DNA from: Candidatus Obscuribacteraceae bacterium | Lineage (GTDB): Bacteria > Cyanobacteriota > Vampirovibrionia > Obscuribacterales > Obscuribacteraceae | Assembly (NCBI GenBank): GCA_044226015.1 | Contig: JBGAHS010000006.1 | Coordinates: 1-64,000 of the forward strand | Length of the DNA stretch: 64,000 bases | Direction of reading: 5' to 3' | Shown here: positions 38,483 through 49,400 of the stretch, piece by piece | Layout of the letters: each line of letters opens with the position of its first letter | How positions within the stretch are numbered: the first letter of the stretch is position 1 | Notes under the pieces: generated by a model | What the model was told of the DNA's origin: nothing | The model's input: only the letters and a program-made list of their open reading frames with translations | Database searches by the model: none | Position numbers and translations under genes: made by a program

Positions 38483-38761
38483 TTACCAGTAGCCAAGCCA
38501 GCGAAAAGGCATGAACTGCCGATAAAGCATATACATGGCGTAGGGCGCGAATAGGCTCGACTGCATGACGACTGCCAAAAATTTCCAGCCTTCGATGACA
38601 TTTGCAGTTGAGACACTTCCGCACAGTGGTGGTGAAAACGTGTACGTCAGTGCCGGTGACGCTGCGAAGATGCTGTCATACGGAACCCATTCCGTGTTGA
38701 ATGCAGGCATCTGACCGAACATCCACGTAGTCGAGTGTCTTGGAATTTTCTGTGTGGTCAT
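38483..38761 (-). CDS. Hypothetical protein (92 aa)
   Basis: AAAGGA upstream; aromatic-rich; first gene of the minus-strand array. Confidence 0.5.
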   Translation of the reverse strand: MTTQKIPRHSTTWMFGQMPAFNTEWVPYDSIFAASPALTYTFSPPLCGSVSTANVIEGWKFLAVVMQSSLFAPYAMYMLYRQFMPFRWLGYW

Positions 38762-39391
38762 TTCATTCTATTCCTTTCATTTTCTTTTATTGCGTGGTAA
38801 ATCCACAAAAATATTGGTTTGCAGTACAAAATTTGTCAGGTCTAGAGACCTGATTTGTAATACCGTAAGTGGTGAATTTGTTTAGCTGAAATGGGTTCCT
38901 GGAATTGAAAGTGAAAGCGATGTACTCTTCATCTTATTGATTTATGTTGGCAGTTCAAAACTAAGTAGTTACAAACGCGAAGATTTGATTGCCTGCAGCA
39001 CAACGATCTCTGGACGCTTACCAGAAGACAGGTTACTCGCTATGGTGATGTTCCCAAAAACATCTTGCCATGCTTATTAGTAATCTCGCAGTTGCTCTCG
39101 TGGTTCGTGCAAGTTATTGTTTGCAGCGCGCTAACTCTTCCAGAAAAGTTATTCTATTTCTGAAATCACTCAACATCATCTGGGAAAGTGTTCCACTGGA
39201 TTAATAGTACGAAGCAGTCACATTGTTGCTTCGTTTGTCCATCGATAGTTAGTATAAATGTCCCGCTAAGTCTCACCTGGGTGTTCACGCTATCTTTAAT
39301 GTGATCACACTAGGTTTTCTGCTATAGCTCTGGAAGTTATGTGCGACTCAAAAATTTTTGCCGGCAGTCTCTACCGGCTCTCGCAGGTGTT

Positions 39392-39850
39392 GCTGTATCT
39401 AGAGGGATCGGATCTCTGATCGTTTTCTGTGAATCTAGAGGGATCCGAATTCTGATCGTTTACTGTGGATCTAGAGGGATCCGATCTCTGATCGCGTACT
39501 GTGAATCCGGAGGGATCCGATTTCTGATCGTTTACTGTGGATCTAGAGGGATCCGATTTCTGATCGCTTACTGTGAATCTTGAGGGATCCGATCTTTGAT
39601 CGCTTATCGTGGATCTGGGGATCCGATCTCTGATCGCCTACTCTGGATCTGGGGATCCGATCTCTGATCGCGTACTGTGGATCTGGGGATCCGATCTCTG
39701 ATCGCTTACTGTGCATCTGGGGATCCGATCTCAGATTCCTTACGGTGAATCTAGGGGAAGCCGGTCTCTGAACTCTTACTGTGAATTTAGAGGGTTCCGA
39801 TTTCTGATCGCTTACTGTGGATCTAGAGGGATCCGATCTCTGAAGTTTAC
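39392..39850. repeat. Non-coding tandem repeat, 13 units of 34-36 bp, GATC-dense
   Basis: Consensus TGTG(G/A)ATCT(AGA/G)GGGATCCGATCTCTGATCGCTTAC; 34-bp units break the reading frame; about 35 GATC counted by eye. Confidence 0.95.
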
Positions 39851-39945
39851 TCGGTCTAGAAGTTCTGAATTCTGTTCAATGCAAAAAAAAACGGTATTGG
39901 TAAAACCTGCATCAGTACTGGTTATCTAATGTGTTCTTTGCAACC

Positions 39946-39963
39946 GTGAACACATGTGTTCAC
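39946..39963. promoter_or_regulatory. Perfect 18-bp palindrome, candidate protein-binding site
   Basis: GTGAACACATGTGTTCAC. Confidence 0.5.
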
Positions 39964-39987
39964 ACCACGGGCGGTATCATTATCAAG

Positions 39988-40023
39988 CAAAAAAAGGTTT
40001 GCCTCCGTAAAGGCAAACCTACC
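39988..40023 (-). terminator. Rho-independent terminator (minus strand)
   Basis: AGGTTTGCCT-TTACGG-AGGCAAACCT followed by a T-run on the minus strand. Confidence 0.65.
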
Positions 40024-40467
40024 GTTTCTCTCGACTTAAAACTAACTGAGGGAGCGTGAAAGTTGTGTGAGAAATTTGTTGGAATTCGATCTAAAAGATG
40101 TGTTTTGAAGTTCGGTATTCGAGGAGTGCGAACGCTCTTATTTTTTTTGACCTCTGTCAATGACGGGACTCCGTTCAGGAAATCGTCAAATGGCATGCAA
40201 AAAGAGGGCTCAGTTGATTAGAGACAATTTGTTGGCTGGACAACATGTCTGCTTCTGTCTGTAGTGACTGGTCATGTGGTTTGGTTTGTGATTATGCCGT
40301 CGACACAGCCATGCTTTCTGGCAGACCTGAATTATGAGTTTTATTTCCGTCTGCTTTTGCGTAACTTCTAGCCTTCAATTATTTAAAATTGAAGGGCTAC
40401 TAGCTGATTGTTCAACTTCTCAGGTTGTTCTTCAGTATCCGTTTACGCAAATTGTGAGGTTCCTCAG

Positions 40468-43400
40468 ATGCAAATGAAATCAGTGTTTGCCACTATGGCA
40501 TGTGTCGGGTTGGCATATTCGCAGGTCATAGCTGCGCGTGCTCAACAAGCGAACCCTGGCGGCGACCTGAATCTCGCATCGAAAGAGCGTTCAGTTACAG
40601 CACCCTCCAACATTCCATCTGTGAACATCAGGGTTGGTGGACATAATCAAGTCATCACACCAGGCATGTCGTTGACTCCTGCTGAGGCGATGGCTTTGAG
40701 TCAAGTCATTGCGACCGGCAAACAATCGCTGGTTATCGGGGCTGGCGGAAATGCAATTGGTGGCAATCTTGTGTTGCAGCCTACTAGCTCCCTAACTGCC
40801 TTGACTGTTCCTCTGGGTGTTTCAGTAATCAGAGATTTTGCAGGAGTTCAATCACTGAATGTTGCTGGTAACATCACAAACTCTGGCTCGATTTATGCCG
40901 TATCGACTGCGCCGATGGTGAACAATGCACTAATCAGCGCCGCGAATATAACAAACAACGTTGGAGCTTTGATCAGCTCAATGCTGCCAGCAGGAGGATT
41001 GGCTGGTTTCAGCAATGCTATTGGAGGACTGAACCTGACTCTGTTTGCCAATAACTCGATAGTAAACCATGGATCAATTACGAGTGCTGGCAATCTCAAT
41101 CTTATTGCAGGGAACAGTATCGTTAATCAAAGCAGTGGTGGCAATCAAGCTCTTATGGCTGCAATGGGGTCTGTGAACCTGGCTAGTAGTCATATTCAAA
41201 ACAGCGGAATTATAAATGCTATCGCTAATGTCAATGTTTACCAGAACGCAACACTAAGTTCGCAACTCTCCACTGTTTTGAGTGAGCAGATAAAGAGTGG
41301 CTTGATTAATTCACTGGGCAATTTGACAGTGAACAATGCCCTCGGAACAATCAGTGCTCAAACTGGTAGCATAAATATTCTTACTCCCGGGCTCAAGTCA
41401 GAGAGCTTGAACCTTCTTGGCGGAACCTGGCTTTCAAACGAGCTGAATATCAATGCTGGATGTTCCAATCTTGTTATGGCCGTAGATACTGTGACTGGAA
41501 CAGTGAATAGTATCGCAGGTAGTGGCAATGTCGGCGCTGTGAATGGCATTAGACTTGGCGAGACTGTTTTTAGTGGTGACCCAACTTTCTGGTCCTCGTC
41601 TGGCGATATCACTATCTCATCGACGCAGACTTTTGACGCTGCTATTACGTATCTGTCATCTGGAAACATAATTTTTGATTCTACCGCTGGCTCAATCGCG
41701 ATTCGGTCATATCAGGCTGGTACTCAAGGTTTCGACATAACTATGGTAGCTGGTGCTGCGCTTACTGGCGGCAGTGCTCCTGTCTATCCGAGTAGCATCA
41801 ATCCAGGAGATTCTGTCTCTCTGACCGGTGTTGGTGCTGGTGGTTCCATAAAGCAAACGGGAAGTAATGGCGTAGCGATCGACGCTTCGAGCGTAGGATT
41901 CAACTCTGGCAACATATTGATTGCAGCGTATAAGACCTCCAAAGCTGGCACCGGACAAATCGACCTGACCAATACAAATGTGTTAGCACAGTCTGACATA
42001 GGTAAAGGCGGCAATGTGACGGTGATAGCGCCGACCATTACACTCGGCTCTATCAATTCCAAGGGTGCGGTAGGCAGTCCAAGCTTGACTGTGACTACGG
42101 CGAACCCGAGCGGCACATTGAAGGCTGACTCCAGCGGTGCTGTTGTAGGAACTCTGACCGCCGGTGCGATAGATGCGGCTGGCTCAGTTGTTCTAACTTC
42201 GAGTGTTGTGAACAGCGCTGGAAAAGTGGTGATCAATGCTGGCAGCACTGGAACTAATATCGATATGAAGTCTGGAAGCAGCATTGTGGTCGACGGCGTC
42301 AGCACCAATGTTGACGCTGGTTCTATCACCCTCAACGGTGGCACAATAGTTCTTGATTCGATTCAGGCAAACGGTTTCAATCAGCCTCTCATAGCTAAGT
42401 CCGCGACTTTGTCTGGAGGAAATGGCGGTACTGTCACAGTTACTTCAACTGTTAATCTCAGTTCTGGCACAACTTCCACGCTGGCGTTTGGCGGAAATGG
42501 TTCTTACGGAGATCCAGGCTTTACGGGCGGTTCTGGCGGAAACGGTGGAACCATCAATATAAAGGCTGTAACTACTGACCTTGCTTCTTATGCATTCAGC
42601 ATTGGTGGCGGAAAGGGCGGCGATGGAGGCGCTGGAGCTAACGGCGGAACTGGATTGGCTGGTGATGCTGGTACCACTGGCGGTGCCGGTGGTAAGGGTG
42701 GCTCGTTTACAGTCAATTCTACTGGTTCTTTGTCTCTGGGCTTGATCGACAGCCGCGGAGGCGATGGTGGCTTCGGCGGTACTGGTGGTAATGGGGGCAC
42801 TAACGTATCTGGCACAGGCGGTGGCGGAGGTTTCGGTGGACTCGGCGGCTCAGGTGGAGCTGGTGGCACTGTTCAAGTCAGTGGACCCTCAGTGGCGGTC
42901 AAGAGCAACATATTTACTTCTGGAGGAAGCGGCGGCCAGGGTGGTAACGGCGGAGGTGGAGCTCTGGGTATCTCCGGTGGTTCTGGTGCTCTTGCAGGTA
43001 CTGGTGGCGTAGGCGGAATTGGTGGTGCTGTGACTGTCTCTTCGACAGCCAGTCTGACTTTCCCAAGTACCGCAACGATTGATAGCTCTGGAGGCGCTGG
43101 TGGTGCTGGTGGCTTCGGTGGTTTCGGTGCAGATGCGATAGCTGGTAATGGCGGCAGCGGTGGCAGTGGCGGCTCTGGTGCTGCCGGCGGCAAGGCAGCC
43201 AATATCTCAATAAATTCGAATGCCAACATTCTTGTTTCCGGAGTTTTCACTTTCAAGGCTCAAGGTGGTAACTCAGGAGTTGGTTTTGCTGGTGGCAGTG
43301 GTGGGTCTGGTGTAGGTGCAGCTAGCGTCGGTGGAAATGGCGGAGCTGGAGGAAGTTCAGGCTCAGCAGGGACGGGCGGAAACATTTCCCTTACTGCTAA

Positions 43401-46400
43401 AACATCAATCAGCAGCTCTGGGGCAGGTAAGCTAGTCGTCAACAACTACGGTGGTGCTGGTGGTGGCGGCGGTGCTGGTGGCTCGGGAGCGAATGCAGCC
43501 AATTCTTTAGGTAGCATCGCAGGTAGCGGCGGTGCGGGTGGCTCTGGAGGACAGGGCGCGGATGCTGGCAAGCTCAGTTTTAGTTCAAGCAGCTTCGATA
43601 GCCTTCTTTCGATTAATGACGCAGGCTCTCTTTCTTTTGGAGCTGGAGGTCCGGGCGGTGCAGGTGGTTTTGGTGGGTTTTCTGTCCCGGCTTTCAACAG
43701 CGATGGAGGCTCAGGAGGAGCAGGCGGTTCGGGAGGTAATGGTGGAAAAGGTATTGCTATTAGTTTCACTACGCCCGGAGCTATTACGTTCCAGAATGGT
43801 ACAGCGGTAAATAATTATTCTGGAAGAGGTGGTGCTGGTGGATTTGGAGGCACTGCTCTGACCGGTGGTACTTTTGGAAGCGGTGGCTCAGGAGGAGCAG
43901 GCGGTTCGGGAGGTTCTGGAGCTGATGCTGTCGGATTGAGTTTCACATCAACTCCGTCCAGCATAAATTTCTCAACTTCAGCTCTTCTGTTTGCCCCGGG
44001 CAACGGTGGAAATGCGGGTGGCGGTGGGCAGGGTGCTGACTGTGTAGCTGGCACTGCAGGAAATGGTGGCAATGGTGGCACTGCAGGAACTGCAGGCAAG
44101 GCTGTTGCGATAACTCTTACAGCTGCTAGTTTTAGTTCCGGTCCTGGAACTTTGGCAAGTTTTGGAGCGATTGGAGGCAATGGTGGAGACGCCGGTATCG
44201 GTGGGACTGGACTCCTCGCAGGAGGACTTTCTGGTTTCTCCAGTTCTGGAGCAAGTGGCACTGCAGGTGGTGCTATAACAATTAACGCTACCAACAATGC
44301 GGTGCTTCCAGGTTTACTTTCGGAAGGGGGAGCTGGCGGGACAGGTGGTCTCGGAGCAGGCGGAGCTGGCGCCAGTGCATCAGGCACCGGGGCTGCTGGC
44401 CAGGCAGGTGGCGCTGGAGGAAGCGGCGGCGCCGGTGCAGCGATAACAGTCGAGTCTAAGAGCGGCTCTTTGACTCTTACTGCTGCTATATCTTCGAGGG
44501 GTGCGTCAGGTTTGTTTGGTAGCGCTGGAGGAAGCGGTGGATCTGGACAGAACGGCGGAGCTGGTGGCGCTGGTGGTGCTGGTGGCAATGCTGGGGCAGG
44601 AGGAAACATCTCGCTGAAAGCAAAAGGCGATATCACGCTGAGTGTCCCTTCTATTAGTGCAAGCGCGGGAGACAGCGCTGCCGGAGCACCGGGAGGTTCC
44701 TCAGGTAACGGTTTCACGGGGAACTCTGCTAATGGTGGGGCAGGAGGTGCCGCTGGGCTTGGTGCGAACGGAGGGACAATTCTTCTCAGTTCAAGCGGTG
44801 GCAGCATTATCAACACTGGTTCTTTAAATGTTTCTTCAACAGGTTCGACTGCTGCTAGATCTGGAAACGGTGGGAATGCTGGTTCTGCTGACGCCAGCAG
44901 TATCGCTGGTTCAGGAGGAAACGCAGGAACTACAGCCGCTGGTGGCAACGCAGGCAATATCAGCTTCAGTGCCAAGAATGCTATAAACGCAGGAGTTTCA
45001 GGCATTAACTTCTTCAACTTTGGTGGACCAGGCGGCAACTCAGGTTCTGGTGGTGATGGAGCAAGTGGAGGCACAGGCGGCAAAGGAGGCGCTGCTTCTT
45101 CTGGTGGCAAAGGCGGTAATGGATCAACGCTGAGTTTGTCAGCGGCAACCATTAGTGGAAAACTTGGACTGAATCCGTTTGCTAGCACATTCTATGCATC
45201 GGGTGGCGATGGTGGCTCTGGTGGTGTTGGAGGTTCTAGCGCACTCTCGTCAAGCACTGGAGCCAATGCTGGCAAATCAGGCTCTGGTGGTGACGGTGGC
45301 TTGGGCCCGACGGTTTCGCTTAAAGCTACTTCGAGTCTCAGTCTTGATGCAGGCTCAATACTAAATAGCTTTGGTGGCCGCGGCGGCGATGGTGCACTCG
45401 GATTTAGTGGAGGTCAGGGTGATGCCACTGGTGGAAACGGCGCTGATGGCGGTTCTGGTGGCGCAGGTGGTGCTAGCGGAAGTCTGGCAATTTCGTCTGG
45501 TGGAACAATTAACCTCGATGCGAACATCAACTGGGCAGGCGGTAAAGGCGGTAAAGGAGCCGATGGTGGATCTGGTGCATACGGTGTGAGCGCTGGTTCT
45601 GGTTCTGCTGGCAAAGGTGGAAGCGGAGGAGTCGGAGGCAGCAGTGCAGCTATTTCAATTGATGCTAAGTCGACCCTTACTTTTGCTAGCTCGAATGTGC
45701 TCTCGAGCGTTGGTGGCATTGGTGGTGATGGAGGCGCAGGTGCTGCTACAGCCTCTAGTCAGCTGTCTCTAGCCGGAGGAGATGGAGGAAGTGGTGGTAA
45801 AGGCGGTGCTGGCGGACAGATTACACTTTCAGGAAGCGCTTTGACTCTGGGAACACCATTTAGCATTGGCGGTAAAGGAGGTAGCGGAGGTGATGGAGCA
45901 AGTGGTGGTTTCTCATCATCAATCTTATCGACGGGGGCTGTGGGAGGCGCTGGTGGAGATGGTGCTGCAGCAGGTGCTGCGGGAGCCATCAAGATAACGG
46001 CTAGTGCAGGGCTCACCTTAAATGGTTCTATTTTTGCAGAAGGCGGCAAAGCCGGCACAGGCGGAAATGGTGCAGATGGTGCTAGCGGCGGAACAGGCGG
46101 TGCAGCTGGTAAAGGTGGCGCTGGAGGAGACTCAGGAGCTGGTGCTGATATCACAATAAGTGCTGGTGGCGACATTAATGTAATCGGTAACCTGGTGATT
46201 TCCTCAAGTGCAAGCGAAGGCTCGGAATCTAATGGCACTGGAGTTTCTGGAAAAGGAGGAATCGGTGGCGCCGGTGGCTTCGGTAACCAAACCACCATTG
46301 GTGGTGCCGGAGGACAGGGCGGTGCTGCTGGTTCTGGTGCCAAAGCTGGAGTGGTGACAATAAATCAGAGTAAGGGCAACTTCAATTTGTTTGGTGACCT

Positions 46401-49400
46401 CGGAATTTACGCCGGTGGCTCGAGCGCTGGAGTTGCTGGAGCAGGTGGTGTGGGTGGCAGCTCTATCGGTAATGGTGGCAGCGGCGGCGATGGTGGAAGC
46501 ACAAGCCTGTCGAAAGCCGGGGTAGGTGGAAATATAAGCATTTCCGGTGCAAATTCAACGATTTTGAGTAACGGTGGAAGTCTCAGTTTTGTAAATTTTG
46601 GTGGCTCTGGTGCGACTGGTGCTGACGGCGGAAAAGGTGCTTCCGTTTCAGTATCTGCGGCAACCTTCGCTGGTGCTGGTGGTGCTGGCTCTGCTGGTGG
46701 TGACGCTGCTGCTGGTGGTGCTGTGTCAGTCAAGGTGGCTTCCATTAATGCTGTAGTGCTGGTTAATCCTGACGCTCTTGATTATGGAAGAGGCGGTGCT
46801 GGCGGAGCTGGTGGTGATGGTGGTTTTGTAGCTAATCTCTCATCTAAAGCTGGCAATGGCGGTGCAGGTGGAAACGCTGGCAAAAACGCGTCTGGTGTAA
46901 ACGTTACGCTTGATGGAAGCAAAGGAATTACTCTTCTGACTGGTTCAAAGATAATCACTAGAGGAGTTTTTGTGGCATTTGGCGGTGGCAATGGTGGAAA
47001 CGGTGGCATCAGCACAGGGACAGATGAAAGCGGTGGCGATGGTGGCAATGGCGGCGCAGGAAGTAGTTCTTTAACCGTGAATCAATCCGTCACTTTAACC
47101 TCATCTGCTGGATTTATAAATCTCAATGACGTGATAATAGATATTTCTGGTCCAAGCAGCGGTTCCGGAGGCAAAGGCGGCTCTGGTGGTGCGGGCAGTT
47201 TCGCTTCGTCCCTGGGCGTGGGAGGTGCAGGCGGTGACGGAGGCTCAGGTGGTAGTACTACTTCATCGCCTGGAGCCATTACGATCTCGGCTGCAAAAGA
47301 CATTTCTATGAGTAGCCTGGGATCCCTGAATGCAAGTGGTGGTGATGGTGGCTCAGCTGCTGGCGCAGGGTCTGGTGGTATTGCTATCGGCTCTGGATCA
47401 AAAGGTGGGGACGGTGGACTCGGTGGTTTCGGAGGAAACGGAGGAAGCTCCGGTACAATTTCGGTAGTATCGACAGCTGGTTCATTGCTGTTTAATTCTG
47501 ATGGAACATCTAACACTGGTCCTTTCATAATGGCCTCTGGTGGCGATGGCGGCGATAACGGCGCAGGTGGTTCGGGTGGTGCTGGCGGCATTGTAGGCGG
47601 TCGCGGCGGTGATGCAGGTAATTCTGGTGATGGTGGCGCGGCTTTCTCTAGCTCTACTGTTAATACTGTTCAGCTAAAGGCTGCTAAAACAATCACTCTG
47701 CCTTCCATAGTTGCTTTTGGCGGAGAAGGCGGAAGTGCAGCCAACAGTGGTGCATTCGGTGGAATGGCGCAGGACGGAAGCGGTGGTGATGGTGGATTTG
47801 GTGGAACCGCTGGCGCTGGTGGTATTGGTGGCAAAATCTCGATTGTGAGTTCTGGAGACATAATTACGCCTGCTAATTCACCAAGTATTGTTGCCAGAGG
47901 TGGTATTGCTGGAGAACAAGGAAGTGGAGGCAATGGTGGCTCTGGTGGTGCCACTGCCATCGGATTGGGATCTGGTGGCAAGGGCGGTGATGCAGGTGGC
48001 GTGAAATCCAGCGGCGCTGGGGGCACGGTGACCATTCAGTCTGGCGGTCTGCTGGGTTCCAAGAGTGAATACGATCTCATTATAAATGTAAGTGGCGGAG
48101 ACGGCTCTGCTGCTTCGCCATCTGTTTTTGGTGGCTCTGGCGGTGATGGCGGTCTGAGTCCTGGAGCAGGAGGATCTGTGGTGGCCCCGCTGGGAACCGT
48201 GACTGCGTCTGGTGGTAATGGTGGGCAAGTGACACTGAACGGCAAAGACATATCCCACATTAGAGTCATCGCTGAAGGTGGTAGTGGTTCCCAAGCTACT
48301 GCCTACGGTGGAGATGGTGGCGATCAGACCAACACTAGCACATTGATAGGCTCTGGAGCAGCTGGTGGAAGTGTTGGAGTTCGCGGTGCTGGTGGCGCCG
48401 GCGGTATCATCAATATTACAGCAACTGCCGGTGGCTTCCTTGGGCTTGGCATCAGTGCTAACGGAGGAAGTGGCGGTAATGGCAGTACCGCAATAGGTGG
48501 CAATGGTGGCTCCGGGCGTGTTCAGGGAGGAGCTGGCGGCTCCATGGGTACCACCGGCGCTGGCGGTGCTGGTGGCAAAGTAAATATTAGCGTCACTACC
48601 GGGCTCTTGGATTTGAGAGATGCCTTAGTTATGGCAAATGGCGGCGACGGTGCCTCTGCAAATGGGTCAGGTGGCAATGGTGGTAGTAGTGATTTTGGCA
48701 GCGGTGGAGCTGGTGGTGCAGCTCAGGGAAGCGGTGCTGGCGGTGCAGGCGGATCAATAAGCCTCTCATCGACGACTGGTGGCATGCTTATTTCAACTGC
48801 CTATGCACTCGGAGGCTCGGTGTTCGGTGGCGCAGTAAGTGGGGGCGAAGGAGGACGGGCTGGAATTAGTGGCTCGTTTGGTGCAACTACAGGTGGTGCC
48901 GGAGGAAACTTAGGGACAATTGGAAACGCCGGTGCCGGCGGTACAATCGACATTAAAGCTGGAACTGGTACTGGCTCTATACAGGTTCAAGAATTACTTG
49001 CTGCTTTTGGTGGCTCTGTTACTTCATTTTCTTCATCTACCCCAGGCAAGGGTGGTGACAATGACAATGTTCTTGGCTCTGGCGGAAATACCGGCTCATT
49101 TGTTAATGCTGGCAATGCTGGCAATGGTGGCAGTATTACATTCAATTCTGGACAGAACATTGTTATCTCAAAGACTGCCTCAGTTTCGGTTGAGGGCAAA
49201 TCTGCAGCTGGTTTCTCCGTAGTCTACTCACTAAGTGGCGCTAAGGGTACAGTGTCAGCTGGTAACGGAGCCGACTCTGCTGCACTTCTCGGTGGTTCAG
49301 GTGGTTCTGGTGGAACTATTACAATTAATGCTAGCGCGAAAGATGTGAATATCATGGGCACCATACTTCTAAATGGAGGTGATGGTGGTTCAGGCGCTGG

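Noticed and set aside
224..38761. Definite prophage call
   Set aside because: The layout is phage-like, but no capsid, terminase, tail, lysis, replication or integrase gene is recognisable; kept only as a hypothesis
39392..39850. CRISPR array
   Set aside because: Units are directly adjacent with no unique spacers, and no cas genes are present
39341..39929. Repeat-encoded proteins (CESRGIR... ORFs)
   Set aside because: 34-bp units shift the frame, there is an internal stop, and the ORF track shows no minus-strand ORF
39946..39963. CRP site or canonical parS
   Set aside because: Half-site spacing does not fit TGTGA-N6-TCACA, and the sequence differs from TGTTTCACGTGAAACA
39960..40196. 78-aa minus-strand ORF
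   Set aside because: No SD, atypical composition, and it runs through a terminator hairpin
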